Shown: positions 17,405-28,128, numbered from the stretch's first letter. The stretch is DNA of 64,000 nt from Methanofastidiosum sp. (GCA_020854815.1 JAHKLW010000019.1:10571-74570), one strand, 5' to 3'. Made by a program: numbers and translations. Notes: generated by a model not told the origin, from the letters alone.

Positions 17405-18587
17405 AACAAAAATAGTTGCAGTAACTGAATTTCTGACTAATGTAAAAAGAAAGGAATTTATTATTCTCACCTTTCTTCTTCCTTTAATACTAGTAATGTC
17501 AATGATTATTCCGGTATTTTTCATGCAGACAATATCTCACGAGAAGGAATCACTTGGGGTAGTCGATGAAACAGGTATTGTTTTACCAATTCTTAAAGAA
17601 AGGTATAACGACTATATTATAAAAGACCTATTAAGCGCTGAAGAAGCCAGACAACTCCTTGAGAATAATAACATATCAGGCTATTTAATAATTCCAAGCG
17701 ATTTTATAAACGTTGGGAAAGTCTCATATTATTCAAAAGTTCAATTATCGACATTTTCATCGGCTAATATGAATCTCGAGGCTATACTCTCTGACATCGT
17801 TATTGAAGGCCTCCTAGAAGAAAAGAGGGTTTCTAAAGAAATCATAACAAAAGTTAAGAATCCGATTGAAATGGAAAGAATTACAGTAACTAAGAAAGGT
17901 GAAGAAGTTGAAACGCCTTTTTCTTTTGTCGGGAATTATCTTCTTCCACTATTTTTATTCATGTCAATTATGAATGCAGGAGGATACCTCCTAAATGGGA
18001 TAATTGAAGAAAAAGAAAACAAGGTAGTTGAGGTATTACTTTCAACAATATCGTCTAATGAACTACTCTCAGGAAAGATTTTAGGTTTAGGGGGTTTAGG
18101 GATATTACAGATTAGTATTTGGATGAGTGGGATAGTAATCATAACTTCATTCTTAAAAATCCCCTTAGTTTCTCTAGAAAAAGGTATCTTAATAATGGTA
18201 TTCTTCGTTTTGGGGTACCTATTCTATTCGTCATTATTTGCAATAATCGGTTCTATCTCAACTAGCACTAGAGACTCCCAGCAGATATCTGCATTGGTAT
18301 CGTTTTTAGTCTTTATCCCTCTATTATTGTTTTTTGGGATAGTTCAGAATCCAAATATGGCATTCATAAGATTGCTCGGTATGGTGCCCCCTTTTATTCC
18401 AACAATAATGATGATGAGGATTCTACTTTCTGAAGTTGCAGTAGTCGACATAATCATCTCAGTAATCATACTTTCTATTTCTCTGATAGTTTCAGTAAAA
18501 ATTGCATCGAAAATATTCAAAATAGGTATATTGAGATATGGAACTAAGCCCAGTTTCAATGAAGTATTAAGGTGGGTAAGGGGATAA
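17394..18587 (+). CDS. ABC-2 family transporter permease
   Basis: N-terminal TM helix, a large extracytoplasmic loop, then 5 C-terminal TM helices. Translationally coupled to the ATPase. Confidence 0.75.
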   Translation: MGSKTKIVAVTEFLTNVKRKEFIILTFLLPLILVMSMIIPVFFMQTISHEKESLGVVDETGIVLPILKERYNDYIIKDLLSAEEARQLLENNNISGYLIIPSDFINVGKVSYYSKVQLSTFSSANMNLEAILSDIVIEGLLEEKRVSKEIITKVKNPIEMERITVTKKGEEVETPFSFVGNYLLPLFLFMSIMNAGGYLLNGIIEEKENKVVEVLLSTISSNELLSGKILGLGGLGILQISIWMSGIVIITSFLKIPLVSLEKGILIMVFFVLGYLFYSSLFAIIGSISTSTRDSQQISALVSFLVFIPLLLFFGIVQNPNMAFIRLLGMVPPFIPTIMMMRILLSEVAVVDIIISVIILSISLIVSVKIASKIFKIGILRYGTKPSFNEVLRWVRG

Positions 18588-18593
18588 ATTCTC

Positions 18594-19376
18594 ATGAAAA
18601 GAATAGGGATAGTAGTATGCCAGATATTTGAGGATGAATTACTAGAAATACTTGGGAGTTTCCCCGAAATAGACAAGATATTGATTTATTATAATGAAGC
18701 CTCTAAAGCATTTCAGGAGATAGCTGCCAAAAATCTCCCTCCAGAAAAATTTAGGATAGTAAGAGAGTTATGTTCTGTGAGATTTTTGAAGAGAGAAAGT
18801 GACTTTGAAGTACTTTTGTACCTACTCCCTCTTGCCTTGCATGTAGATCCTCCATTGATAAAAAATGAAGTGGCTTCGGCAGCAAAAGAGTTAGAAAAAC
18901 ATGTTGATTACCTAGTAGTGTTTTTTGGACTTTGCGGGAATTCTCTTGGGGATGTTGAAGCTTTAATGAAAGAAAGCAAGGTAGAAGTTCCAGTTGTTAT
19001 ATTAAAAGATAGTCAAGGAGAAATTGTTGATGATTGTGTTTGTGCATTGATAGGATCAAGAAACAGCTACGTAGAAACAATAAATGAGGAACCTGGCACA
19101 TGGTTTATGACATACGGCTGGGCAAAATATTGGAGAGAGTTGTCATGCGAGACTGTGGGGTCCTTTGACATCAATAAAATGAAGCTTGTGTTTGATAAAA
19201 CAGGATATAAAAGAACTGTTGCTGTAGATCTTGATTTTGGAGACAAAGAGCTTTATTATGAAAGATGTAAAGAGTTTTCAGAGATTTTCAATCTACCAGT
19301 TTGTCATAAAAAAGGAGACATAAATATATTAAAGAAAGCCCTTGGAAAGGCCATAGAAGAGGTATTAGATGATTGA
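18594..19376 (+). CDS. Conserved Cys-motif protein, DUF1638-like (paralogue 1)
   Basis: Motifs 'IGIVVCQIFEDEL', 'GLCGNSLG', 'DDCVCALIGS', 'TYGWAKYW'. Clear paralogue of 39946..40761. Confidence 0.45.
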   Translation: MKRIGIVVCQIFEDELLEILGSFPEIDKILIYYNEASKAFQEIAAKNLPPEKFRIVRELCSVRFLKRESDFEVLLYLLPLALHVDPPLIKNEVASAAKELEKHVDYLVVFFGLCGNSLGDVEALMKESKVEVPVVILKDSQGEIVDDCVCALIGSRNSYVETINEEPGTWFMTYGWAKYWRELSCETVGSFDINKMKLVFDKTGYKRTVAVDLDFGDKELYYERCKEFSEIFNLPVCHKKGDINILKKALGKAIEEVLDD

Positions 19377-20580
19377 CCTTACAAATATCTTGTTGATATT
19401 TTTATTCGCAAAGATATTTGGCGATATTGCAGAAAGGAAAAATATTTCAAGTATTGTAGGCCATGTTATTTGTGGTATAGCATTTGGGCCATTTGTATTG
19501 GGGATAATTTATCCTGGTAAAGAAATAGAAGTGCTGGCCGATATCGGGCTTTTAGTGATAATGCTTTATGCTGGACTTACAAGTGAGTATAAGGAATTAT
19601 TAAAAGCCAAGTATACAGCCATTATTATTGGGGTATTCGGTGTCATTACTTCTTTTGTTTTATGTTTTTCAGTTCCCTGGCTTTTAGGGTTTGGGTTAAT
19701 TCCTTCCTTATTTGTTGGAATCATCCTTACAAACACTGCTGTTGAGATTATAGGGGGGATGGTAGCAAATGAAAGCAATCAGAACGTATCCCACATCCTC
19801 CTTGGGGCTTCTTTTTTTGATGATATAATTGCCATATACCTAGTTGGATTACTGTCAACTATTACAGTTAATCAATCAACATTTAGTCTAGTAGATATAG
19901 GAAACGTGACACTAAAAATAATAATCTTTTTTGTAATTACTATTCTGATAAGTGAATTTTTAATTTCTTCTAAGGGTAAAAGAATTGTTAAATATTTAGT
20001 TGAAGGTGACCAACACCAGTCCATTATGATTGTATTTATTTTCACACTGGTTTTTGCTCTTTTCGCATCTTTTATAGGGCTTCATGAAGTCATTGGTTCA
20101 TTTCTTGCCGGCCTTGTACTTAGCAGGATAAAAGAAAAAGAGGACCCAATGTTATCTTTTAGGATTAGATTTAATGAGGTAACTAGTGAGATGAATACTT
20201 TAATGAGATTTTTATTTATGCCACTATTTTTTGTATATATCGGGCTTTTGTTTAATCGTGAAAATACTCAGATAAATATTCCACTCATAATTTTATTGTT
20301 CATGGGGGCCATGGGTGGAAAGATAATAGGATGTGGTTTGGCCAGTAAACTTTGTAGACTGAACAACAGAAATTCACTTCTTATTGGGGTAGGAATGTGT
20401 GGCCGAGGATCTCTAGAACTTGCAATTGTAAGGTATGGATTTTCTAACGGTGTTATATCAAGTGACTTATACTCATCAATAGTGATAGTTACGCTGCTTT
20501 CTATACTAATTACACCAATCTTATTTGGTAGATTAATAAAGAAATCAGATGTGAATTTCTATGATGTCTCCGTCCCGTAA
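19369..20580 (+). CDS. Monovalent cation:proton antiporter (CPA family, Na+/H+ exchanger-like)
   Basis: About 12 TM helices and a CPA-like pattern. The start overlaps the upstream gene. Confidence 0.6.
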   Translation: MIDLTNILLIFLFAKIFGDIAERKNISSIVGHVICGIAFGPFVLGIIYPGKEIEVLADIGLLVIMLYAGLTSEYKELLKAKYTAIIIGVFGVITSFVLCFSVPWLLGFGLIPSLFVGIILTNTAVEIIGGMVANESNQNVSHILLGASFFDDIIAIYLVGLLSTITVNQSTFSLVDIGNVTLKIIIFFVITILISEFLISSKGKRIVKYLVEGDQHQSIMIVFIFTLVFALFASFIGLHEVIGSFLAGLVLSRIKEKEDPMLSFRIRFNEVTSEMNTLMRFLFMPLFFVYIGLLFNRENTQINIPLIILLFMGAMGGKIIGCGLASKLCRLNNRNSLLIGVGMCGRGSLELAIVRYGFSNGVISSDLYSSIVIVTLLSILITPILFGRLIKKSDVNFYDVSVP

Positions 20581-21711
20581 TACATGATCTGGCCCTACTC
20601 TCTGGCCATCAAATTTTGCTGAATCCCCCCAGACCCTAGCAAATTTGAAGTTTTTGTAGAGATTCTTATGAACTTTTTTGGCAGCGTCGAGTGCAGTAGA
20701 ATCTATTTTCATTGGCATGGCTTCGTTATCAATTTCACTACCTGGAGAACGTGTATAGACCCTAATAATTCCCAAAATAGAAAATATTTCAAAAGGTAAG
20801 ATATCGAGATTAACATTGTTAATTGCAGAAACTGGGATAACTTTGAAATTTTTTACATGTTTCTCGAGTCTTTCCAGGCCTTCTTTACTTCCAGGCAAAT
20901 CCCCTTTAGTTCCAATTATAATAGCTTTTTTATATTCTAAAGAACTATCCAAGACTTCAAAGATATCAGTTAAGGTTACAGGCTCTTTAATAGTAATTAT
21001 GGCATTGTGAACTCTTTCTTCTTGAAGAATCTTTTTAACATCCTGAGAATTGCATTCAACTAGAAAATTCTCACCGATGATTTCAATGCCTCCTGTTGGG
21101 ATTTTTTGAATTTCTATGTTAGGAACTTTTTTATTAATCCTCAAACCTTTTGCCTCGAGCTCTTTTAATATTAGTTCAAGGTCTTTTGCAGGATCAACTG
21201 ACAAATCAACTAGAATTACTATAGCATCGACAGCTCTTATTGCACTAATCAATGGCCCGCCCATGCCTTTCCCAAGGGAAACTCCTTCAATTAACCCAGG
21301 CATATCAACTAGCTGTATCTGTATACCTTTGTATTGAAGCATTGCAGGTGTAGGCTTAACTGTAGTAAAAGCGTAATGCCCAATATCTACATCTTTTCCT
21401 GTAAGCTTGTTTAAAATGGTTGATTTCCCTGAATTTGGAAGACCTGCCAAAGCAACTTGAGCTGCACCTTCTTTCCTAACAAAAAAACTAGTCCCCCCAG
21501 AACCGCCCTTCTTAAGTTCCTTTTCCTTTTCGACTTCCTTTTTTAGCTTTGATAAATTTCTTTTTATCTGAAGCTGCATCTTTTCTGTACCCTTGTGTTT
21601 AGGGATAGTGCTAAGCATAAGTTCGAGAGCAACAAGTTTTTCTTTGGGAGATTTAGCAGATTTATATGCGTCTTCTGCCTTTAGGTATTCGGGGGTAACA
21701 TTTGAGGGCAT
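20545..21711 (-). CDS. Developmentally regulated GTP-binding protein (DRG/Obg-like GTPase with TGS domain)
   Basis: G1 'GLPNSGKST', G2 'FTT', G3 'DMPG', and a C-terminal TGS-like 'DGDIIEI' segment. Confidence 0.8.
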   Translation of the reverse strand: MPSNVTPEYLKAEDAYKSAKSPKEKLVALELMLSTIPKHKGTEKMQLQIKRNLSKLKKEVEKEKELKKGGSGGTSFFVRKEGAAQVALAGLPNSGKSTILNKLTGKDVDIGHYAFTTVKPTPAMLQYKGIQIQLVDMPGLIEGVSLGKGMGGPLISAIRAVDAIVILVDLSVDPAKDLELILKELEAKGLRINKKVPNIEIQKIPTGGIEIIGENFLVECNSQDVKKILQEERVHNAIITIKEPVTLTDIFEVLDSSLEYKKAIIIGTKGDLPGSKEGLERLEKHVKNFKVIPVSAINNVNLDILPFEIFSILGIIRVYTRSPGSEIDNEAMPMKIDSTALDAAKKVHKNLYKNFKFARVWGDSAKFDGQRVGPDHVLRDGDIIEIHI

Positions 21712-21837
21712 GATATCAAACCAGAGTATTCATATTGATATAAAAAACTTATTTATACCCCTTTAAAAAAATTGAGATTATAAGTTATAGCGTAATGTAG
21801 AAATATAGGAAGAGTAAAACATAAACATATATCTGTA

Positions 21838-24800
21838 TCAATTTAGTTTTTTGATTCCAATCAAGAACTTGTCACCGTCTATTTCCCATTCTTTATCAAT
21901 ATAGTTATTATCTTTGGAAAATAGTAAGATTTTGCTTCTTGTTTCTCTCATAATGTAGTCTTCATGATTCTTTAAGTCGGATTCAAAGCTAGATTCAACG
22001 TAAGAGTTGATGTATTCCTCTACATTTAGATTTGCTTGTTTTCGCATTTCCTGTATTCTTCTTATAACTTCTCTTGCTATGGCCTCAGACTTCAGTTCTT
22101 CTGTAATTACTGTGTAAAGATAGACTTTTCCATTCTCAAACTCGCTTAATTCGTACCCTTGCGGTATAAGATAGTTAAAGTTAACATCTTCAAGGGATAT
22201 TTCAAATCCATCAAGATTGAAGAGGCCGTCTTTTTCAAATCCGGATTTTATGAGACAAGGATTATGAGACTTTAATAGCTCGACGACTTTTTTTGCATCT
22301 CCCTTAAATTTAGGGCCAATTGATTTATGATTTGGAAGGATTTCAAGCTCCTGTATTACTTCACCAATTACTATCTCTTTAACATTAATCTGTTTCTTCA
22401 TTATGCCAGATAATGTCTGAACAGCTCTTTTCACATTCTCGTCTTGAGTTTCAACTATGGCCTTCGAAATCGGCCATCTTAACTTAATACCAGCTTTTTG
22501 TCTGGCGTGAAGAGTGCCCTCAATTATGTTTCTAAGTATGGACATGTTTGATTCCAACTCAGAATCAATCAACGAGGAATCATGCGCATCCCAGTCTGAA
22601 AGATGGATTGAGGATTCTCCGACAAAGTTTTTGTATATAGCTTCAGAAATAAAGGGTGATATAGGCGCTAATAGTTTTGATAATCTCTTGAATACATAAA
22701 ATGAAGTAACATAAGCACTTATCTTTTCCTTGTCGTCACCCTCAAGCCACATCCTTTCCCTCACAAGACGAATATACCATCTTGAAAGATCTTCTAATAT
22801 GAATTCCTTTAATTTTCTAGGTATAAAATGTAAATCAAGTGTATCAAAGTTTTCTTCAACTTCTTTTGTAAGAGTATTTATTCTAGAGAGTATCCAACTA
22901 TCCTCGTCTTTTAGATATTTTTTTAGATCCTTTAGGGGTGTATTGATATCAAAGTTATCAAGAGACATGTAAAGGGTAACAAACTTGTAGGCATTCCATA
23001 ATATGTTAAAGGTTCTGTAAATACTTTCAACGTTCTCCCAGTTGAACTTTAGTTTATCCCAGGGTGCAATCTCCCATAGTAAATAGAATCTTGTGACATC
23101 AGCACCATATTTTGCTATGACATCTTTTGGATCAACTACATTTCCAAGAGACTTTGACATTTTCTGCCCAAACTGATCCAAGACGAAATCATTCATCAAA
23201 ACTTGATTGTATGGGGCTCTGTCAAAAACTATGAAGCTTTCAAGCATTAATGTGTAAAACCAACCTCTGGTCTGATCAAGCCCCTCAGTTATGAAATCCA
23301 TTGGAAAAAGTTCATTGAATTTCTCACTATTTTGAGGGTATCCTAGAGAACTCCATGTTGAAGCTCCTGAATCAAACCAGACATCCGCTATATCAGGAAC
23401 ACGCTTCATCTTTTCAGAACATTTAGGGCAGTTTAGAGAAACTTCATCGATATAGGGTTTATGAAGATCCTCTGGAACTTTTCCTCCTAACGATTTTATC
23501 TCATCAATAGAAGAAACAACAGTAATATTTCCACATGAGCATTCCCATATAGGCAAAGGTATACCCCAGAACCTCTGTCTTGAGATACACCAATCTCTTG
23601 CACCTTCAATCCAGTTGTGAAACCTCTTTTCACCGGCCCAATCAGGTACCCATTTTACTTTTTTATTTTCTTTCAATATCTGGTCTTTGATAGCCTCTAC
23701 CTTTACAAACCACTGGTCAGAAGCTCTGTATAACAAAGGAGATTTACATCTCCAACAGTGAGCGTATCTGTGAAAGACTGAATCTCTGAAAACAAGAAAT
23801 CCTTTGTCTTCAATATCATCGATAATAAGATCATTGGCATCTTTGATGTAGATGCCCTTATACTTCCCAGCTTCTTCTGTGAAGTTTCCAGTCCCATTTA
23901 CAGGAGAGAATATTGGAAGCTTAAATTCTACCCCGGCACTGTAATCTTCAGGCCCGTGCCCTGGGGCTGTGTGAACGCAACCAGTACCATCCTCCAATGT
24001 TACATAATTTGTAAGGATAATAGTATGTGCATTTGGCTCTTTGAACTGTTTGTGTATTGGTACATCATCATCAAGTATGTGCCTATATTTAAGGCCCAAT
24101 AGAGCCTCTCCTTTCAAAGTTTCAATGACCTCATAATCATCAACTTCGAATAAGTTCATTAGTTTGTCCAAAAGCTCCTTTGCAACTATCCATACCTCAT
24201 TCCCTGCTTTTACCCTGACATAATCATACCTTGAGTTTACTGCAATAGCAACATTTGCTGGAATAGTCCATGGAGTTGTTGTCCATATAATAATATATTC
24301 ATCTTTTCTGTCAACTAAGGGGAATTTGACATAAATTGAGTCATCTTCTACATCTTTGTACTCATCAGTTGACTCATAGCCGGAGAGTGGTGTTTCGCAT
24401 CTTGGACACCAAGCAACTGTGGCCTTGCCTTTATACAAAAGATTTTTTTCCCATGCTTTCTTAAAGAAGTACCAAGAGGATTCTATATATGAATTAGATA
24501 AGGTCATGTAAGGATTTTCAAAATCTCCAATCATTCCAAATCTCTTATAAAAATCAATCCATATCTTAAGGAAAGATAAGCCCCTCTCCTTGCATGCTTT
24601 TATGAATTTTTCAGTTCCTATTTTTTCTATATCGCTTTTTGTTTGGGTGCCTAATATTTCTTCAATTTTTACCTCTATGGGTAGCCCGTGCATATCAAAT
24701 CCTGGTTGATGCCAAACATTGTATCCATTCATTGACTTGTATTTCAGGACAGGATCTCTCAAAGCTCTTGTCCTAGCGTGACCAATATGTGGCAATCCAT

Positions 24801-24951
24801 TCATATACGGTGGCCCATCAAGAAAGAAATATTTAGGGCCATTTGCTCTTAACTGCTTTAATTTAGCATAGATGTCTATATCGCCCCAATCCTTTAGTAT
24901 TTTTGTTTCTAAAGAAACAGGATTATAGTCTTCAGGAACCTCAGAAACCAT
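21838..24951 (-). CDS. ileS: Isoleucyl-tRNA synthetase
   Basis: 'PPYMNGLPHIGHA' (HIGH) and 'KMSKS'. 1037 aa is the archaeal IleS size, and it has an editing domain and a C-terminal zinc region. Confidence 0.9.
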   Translation of the reverse strand: MVSEVPEDYNPVSLETKILKDWGDIDIYAKLKQLRANGPKYFFLDGPPYMNGLPHIGHARTRALRDPVLKYKSMNGYNVWHQPGFDMHGLPIEVKIEEILGTQTKSDIEKIGTEKFIKACKERGLSFLKIWIDFYKRFGMIGDFENPYMTLSNSYIESSWYFFKKAWEKNLLYKGKATVAWCPRCETPLSGYESTDEYKDVEDDSIYVKFPLVDRKDEYIIIWTTTPWTIPANVAIAVNSRYDYVRVKAGNEVWIVAKELLDKLMNLFEVDDYEVIETLKGEALLGLKYRHILDDDVPIHKQFKEPNAHTIILTNYVTLEDGTGCVHTAPGHGPEDYSAGVEFKLPIFSPVNGTGNFTEEAGKYKGIYIKDANDLIIDDIEDKGFLVFRDSVFHRYAHCWRCKSPLLYRASDQWFVKVEAIKDQILKENKKVKWVPDWAGEKRFHNWIEGARDWCISRQRFWGIPLPIWECSCGNITVVSSIDEIKSLGGKVPEDLHKPYIDEVSLNCPKCSEKMKRVPDIADVWFDSGASTWSSLGYPQNSEKFNELFPMDFITEGLDQTRGWFYTLMLESFIVFDRAPYNQVLMNDFVLDQFGQKMSKSLGNVVDPKDVIAKYGADVTRFYLLWEIAPWDKLKFNWENVESIYRTFNILWNAYKFVTLYMSLDNFDINTPLKDLKKYLKDEDSWILSRINTLTKEVEENFDTLDLHFIPRKLKEFILEDLSRWYIRLVRERMWLEGDDKEKISAYVTSFYVFKRLSKLLAPISPFISEAIYKNFVGESSIHLSDWDAHDSSLIDSELESNMSILRNIIEGTLHARQKAGIKLRWPISKAIVETQDENVKRAVQTLSGIMKKQINVKEIVIGEVIQELEILPNHKSIGPKFKGDAKKVVELLKSHNPCLIKSGFEKDGLFNLDGFEISLEDVNFNYLIPQGYELSEFENGKVYLYTVITEELKSEAIAREVIRRIQEMRKQANLNVEEYINSYVESSFESDLKNHEDYIMRETRSKILLFSKDNNYIDKEWEIDGDKFLIGIKKLN

Positions 24952-24992
24952 GAAGTCAATAACTATAAATGTTTTAAAGCCTTTTGGTAAAT

Positions 24993-25931
24993 CTAATCTT
25001 TTCTCTCTAAAACGAACTTTGGCACTGCGTGTTTTAATGGATCAAAATATTCTATATTCTTTATTTCAACACATTTCATTGAAACTTTAGAATGAAGCGT
25101 AGACGGGAGTCTCAATATTCTTTTTACGTCAACAGTGACTTTTCCATCAACTAGAGACCCATTAATTCGCTCTATATGTTGTAAGAATTCATTTTTTGTC
25201 TTATCCCCAATCCCTTTAATATCTAAAAAATCAACGTGGCGGTCTTTTATTTTTGAGATAATATTTTCTTTCTCTAAAAGAAGTGTATCTACGATATTTT
25301 TACTAAAAGGAAGATCCTTATCTTTCATTTTACCAAAGGTCAGAATAAACATTTTTCTGTAAACGGCGGGATACCCATGAGACAAGAAAAGGTCTTTGGG
25401 TTTTTTGGAACCTGTTACATATTCTAGTACTTCTGATCTTCTCTCAAGCGGGAGTACTTCTTTATCAACTACTCTTAAGTGATAGCCTCTACCAGAATAT
25501 ACTAAAAATAATCGTTTTATTCCCAAATCCCCCATCATTGTGTCCCGTATATGTAAAACGATTTCCTTGGCTTCCGATAGACATTTTTCACATACATTTC
25601 CTTGTTTGCAATCACAGGTTTTAACTACTAGATCTTTTGCATCAATATCAAAAACTAGTTCTGCGCCTTTCCAATCTTCTCGATTTTTAGGTTTAGAGTA
25701 ATATGAAACACTGGTACAAACTGCATAAGGAAAGTTTTTAATCAGAAAATCTGAAAATTGGCCAACGTTATCAAATCCTTTGTACCTGTCATTATATCCG
25801 TTTCCATCATGATCAAACGCAAATTCCCTTTCAGTTATTCGTTCGACTATAAATTCAGGAACATCTTTCTCTTTCCATTCTTCATGGTAATATAGTTTTC
25901 TCTCTCTGAGAGAAGCTTCCTTAAACTCCAT
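24993..25931 (-). CDS. priS: DNA primase small (catalytic) subunit PriS
   Basis: 'REFAFDHDGNGY' and 'AELVFDIDAKD' acidic catalytic motifs of archaeo-eukaryotic primase. Confidence 0.8.
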   Translation of the reverse strand: MEFKEASLRERKLYYHEEWKEKDVPEFIVERITEREFAFDHDGNGYNDRYKGFDNVGQFSDFLIKNFPYAVCTSVSYYSKPKNREDWKGAELVFDIDAKDLVVKTCDCKQGNVCEKCLSEAKEIVLHIRDTMMGDLGIKRLFLVYSGRGYHLRVVDKEVLPLERRSEVLEYVTGSKKPKDLFLSHGYPAVYRKMFILTFGKMKDKDLPFSKNIVDTLLLEKENIISKIKDRHVDFLDIKGIGDKTKNEFLQHIERINGSLVDGKVTVDVKRILRLPSTLHSKVSMKCVEIKNIEYFDPLKHAVPKFVLERKD

Positions 25932-25939
25932 AAATCACC

Positions 25940-27673
25940 TTATTTATGAGTTAAAATAACTGTAACTCCCTTCGAATCTATTTTGTCGACTCTTATAAAT
26001 CCAAAACGTTCAAATTGCACGATGTCGCCTTCTTTTAGAGATGCAATGCCTTCTTCTCCGTATCCGTTAATAGTGGTAAGAGAATTTGGATTAATATCCT
26101 CCCCTTCATATAAAATTCCACGGACTATAACAGATACATTGACATATTTATTAGATACCCATTGTATCTTTTTTATTTTAGAAAGTTCATCTTTAGAAGA
26201 TTTTTCGTCTGTGTGCATAGCTTTGATCAAATTAGGCTGGATATCTATAACGAAGATGTTGTATAGATCTTTCAATCGGAGTATCTGACCTTTAATTATT
26301 TCCTTGAAATCATTTCCTGAAATGTAAAATTTACCATTTATATTAATATTTCTAAAGCCCCTATCTATATCTGGATGGCGCCTTAATTGAATAATTTGAT
26401 ATGACGCATCGATGACGTCAAGAGCCATGGGATCGGCGACGAAGTAGTACCTATCAGAAGTAGAATCGATTACTTTTCTGTTAAGAGATTCGATAAGTGA
26501 CCAATCTATCTCAGGTTCTGATTTTGAAAGGCCAATCTCTTCGGCCACCATATGAATAGCTTCTGGGGTTATGCCTCTTCTTTTAAGACCACGAATTGTT
26601 ACAAGTCGTGGGTCATCCCATCCGGAGACAACATGTTCTTCAATCAAAGGTCTAATTAGTCTTTTAGATGTTGGCGCTCCCTTTACTGTAAATCTAGAAT
26701 ATTCAATAATCTTTGGATTTCTTAAATTTAGAAGACCTCTTATATAATCTTGTAATTCTATTCTAAGTGTAAATTCATTACTTCTGAGTACATGTGTTAC
26801 CCCAAGAACAGAATCTTCAATTGCGCATGCAAAGTCATAAACAGGCCATATCCTGTATTTGTCTCCTTGTATCGGGTGAGGATGATCAACGACTCTTAGC
26901 ATAGTTGGATCTCGCATTACAGTATTTTTCGAAGTCATATCTCCCCTAAGTCTAAGAGAATATTTTCCCTCTTCGGCAGTTTCCATTTCTTTCCAAAGAG
27001 AGAGATTGTCTTGAATTGAGTTAGAAACACACGGACAATCTTTTGAATCGTACCTAAGTTTGGATACATACTCTGCATCACAATTGCAAACATAAGCCCT
27101 ACCCAAATTAATTAAATCTAAGGCATACTTATAGTAAAGTTCCATATCGTCTGACATATTTCGTTCTTCATCCCAAGTTATTTTCAGCCATTTTAAGTCT
27201 TGTTTGATGGCATCATAATATTCAAGTTTTTCCTTTTTGGGATTTGTATCATCAAATCTTAGAATTACTTTACCCTCGTATTTTTTAGCATAATAATAAT
27301 TGAAATAAAATGACATGCCATGCCCGATGTGTGGATATCCATTTGGCTCTGGAGGGAGTCTTGTTACGACTTTTCCCATTTCTGCCCCTTCAAGTGGAGG
27401 GAGTGCTTTTGGGCCTTCTTTTTCCCTTGGTTTTTCCGAAAAATGTTCAGGATATACCTGTCTTAGTTTATATTCTATATCTTTGTTAGACATTTTTGAA
27501 ATCTGAGTAATTGCTTCTTCTACTGATGAGATTACATCCTTTGCCTGTTTTCTCATTTCAGGTAACTCAGCCATGATTTTTCCAGTAACGGCTTTAGAAT
27601 TTGGAGTACCGCCATACTGAAAGGCATTAATAAGAGCATATTTAAGTGCAAGTTTGCGTAAATCTTCACTCAT
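25940..27673 (-). CDS. gltX: Glutamyl-tRNA synthetase (archaeal type)
   Basis: 'PEPNGYPHIGHG' HIGH region; 577 aa is the archaeal GluRS size and domain order. Confidence 0.85.
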   Translation of the reverse strand: MSEDLRKLALKYALINAFQYGGTPNSKAVTGKIMAELPEMRKQAKDVISSVEEAITQISKMSNKDIEYKLRQVYPEHFSEKPREKEGPKALPPLEGAEMGKVVTRLPPEPNGYPHIGHGMSFYFNYYYAKKYEGKVILRFDDTNPKKEKLEYYDAIKQDLKWLKITWDEERNMSDDMELYYKYALDLINLGRAYVCNCDAEYVSKLRYDSKDCPCVSNSIQDNLSLWKEMETAEEGKYSLRLRGDMTSKNTVMRDPTMLRVVDHPHPIQGDKYRIWPVYDFACAIEDSVLGVTHVLRSNEFTLRIELQDYIRGLLNLRNPKIIEYSRFTVKGAPTSKRLIRPLIEEHVVSGWDDPRLVTIRGLKRRGITPEAIHMVAEEIGLSKSEPEIDWSLIESLNRKVIDSTSDRYYFVADPMALDVIDASYQIIQLRRHPDIDRGFRNININGKFYISGNDFKEIIKGQILRLKDLYNIFVIDIQPNLIKAMHTDEKSSKDELSKIKKIQWVSNKYVNVSVIVRGILYEGEDINPNSLTTINGYGEEGIASLKEGDIVQFERFGFIRVDKIDSKGVTVILTHK

Positions 27674-27738
27674 TTAATCACAAAAGATAATATAAGTTCA
27701 ATATTAAAAGGTTATCAATTGAATTGATATTAAAAAAA

Positions 27739-27951
27739 TTAATTAAGATTTTTTTGCGATTTTAACTTTTTTATTGAAGGTAGAAAATATGCTGAGCCCA
27801 TTAGTATAAATCCCAAAAATCCAAATGGGTGAGGTATAATAAATGCTACAAGTATGCCTATACCTGCCAATATCATTCCGTCTCTAGTACATAGAGGACA
27901 TCCTACTGTTGAACAAGATGTATCCTTATTTATAGAAGATTTTTCATCCAT
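27739..27951 (-). CDS. Small membrane protein with CPLC motif
   Basis: About 70 aa with a 'GCPLC' motif followed by 2 TM helices. Confidence 0.25.
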   Translation of the reverse strand: MDEKSSINKDTSCSTVGCPLCTRDGMILAGIGILVAFIIPHPFGFLGFILMGSAYFLPSIKKLKSQKNLN

Positions 27952-28128
27952 ACAAAGCACAAAGCATTAATATTTATAATAATTTCCGTGAATTATTTAT
28001 CACATAATAGTTTTTGTATTTTATATTCCAATAATTAATTATTCTATTAAATTACAGAGTTATAAATTGAAAGCGAAAGATTTATATACTTAATGTTAGG
28101 TTAACATATAGTGTAGGAAATACACGAG

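Noticed and set aside
27961-28128. Heat-shock (Phr-like) operator upstream of hsp20
   Set aside because: An AT-rich promoter region is present, but no clear dyad matching a known archaeal heat-shock operator could be identified by eye.
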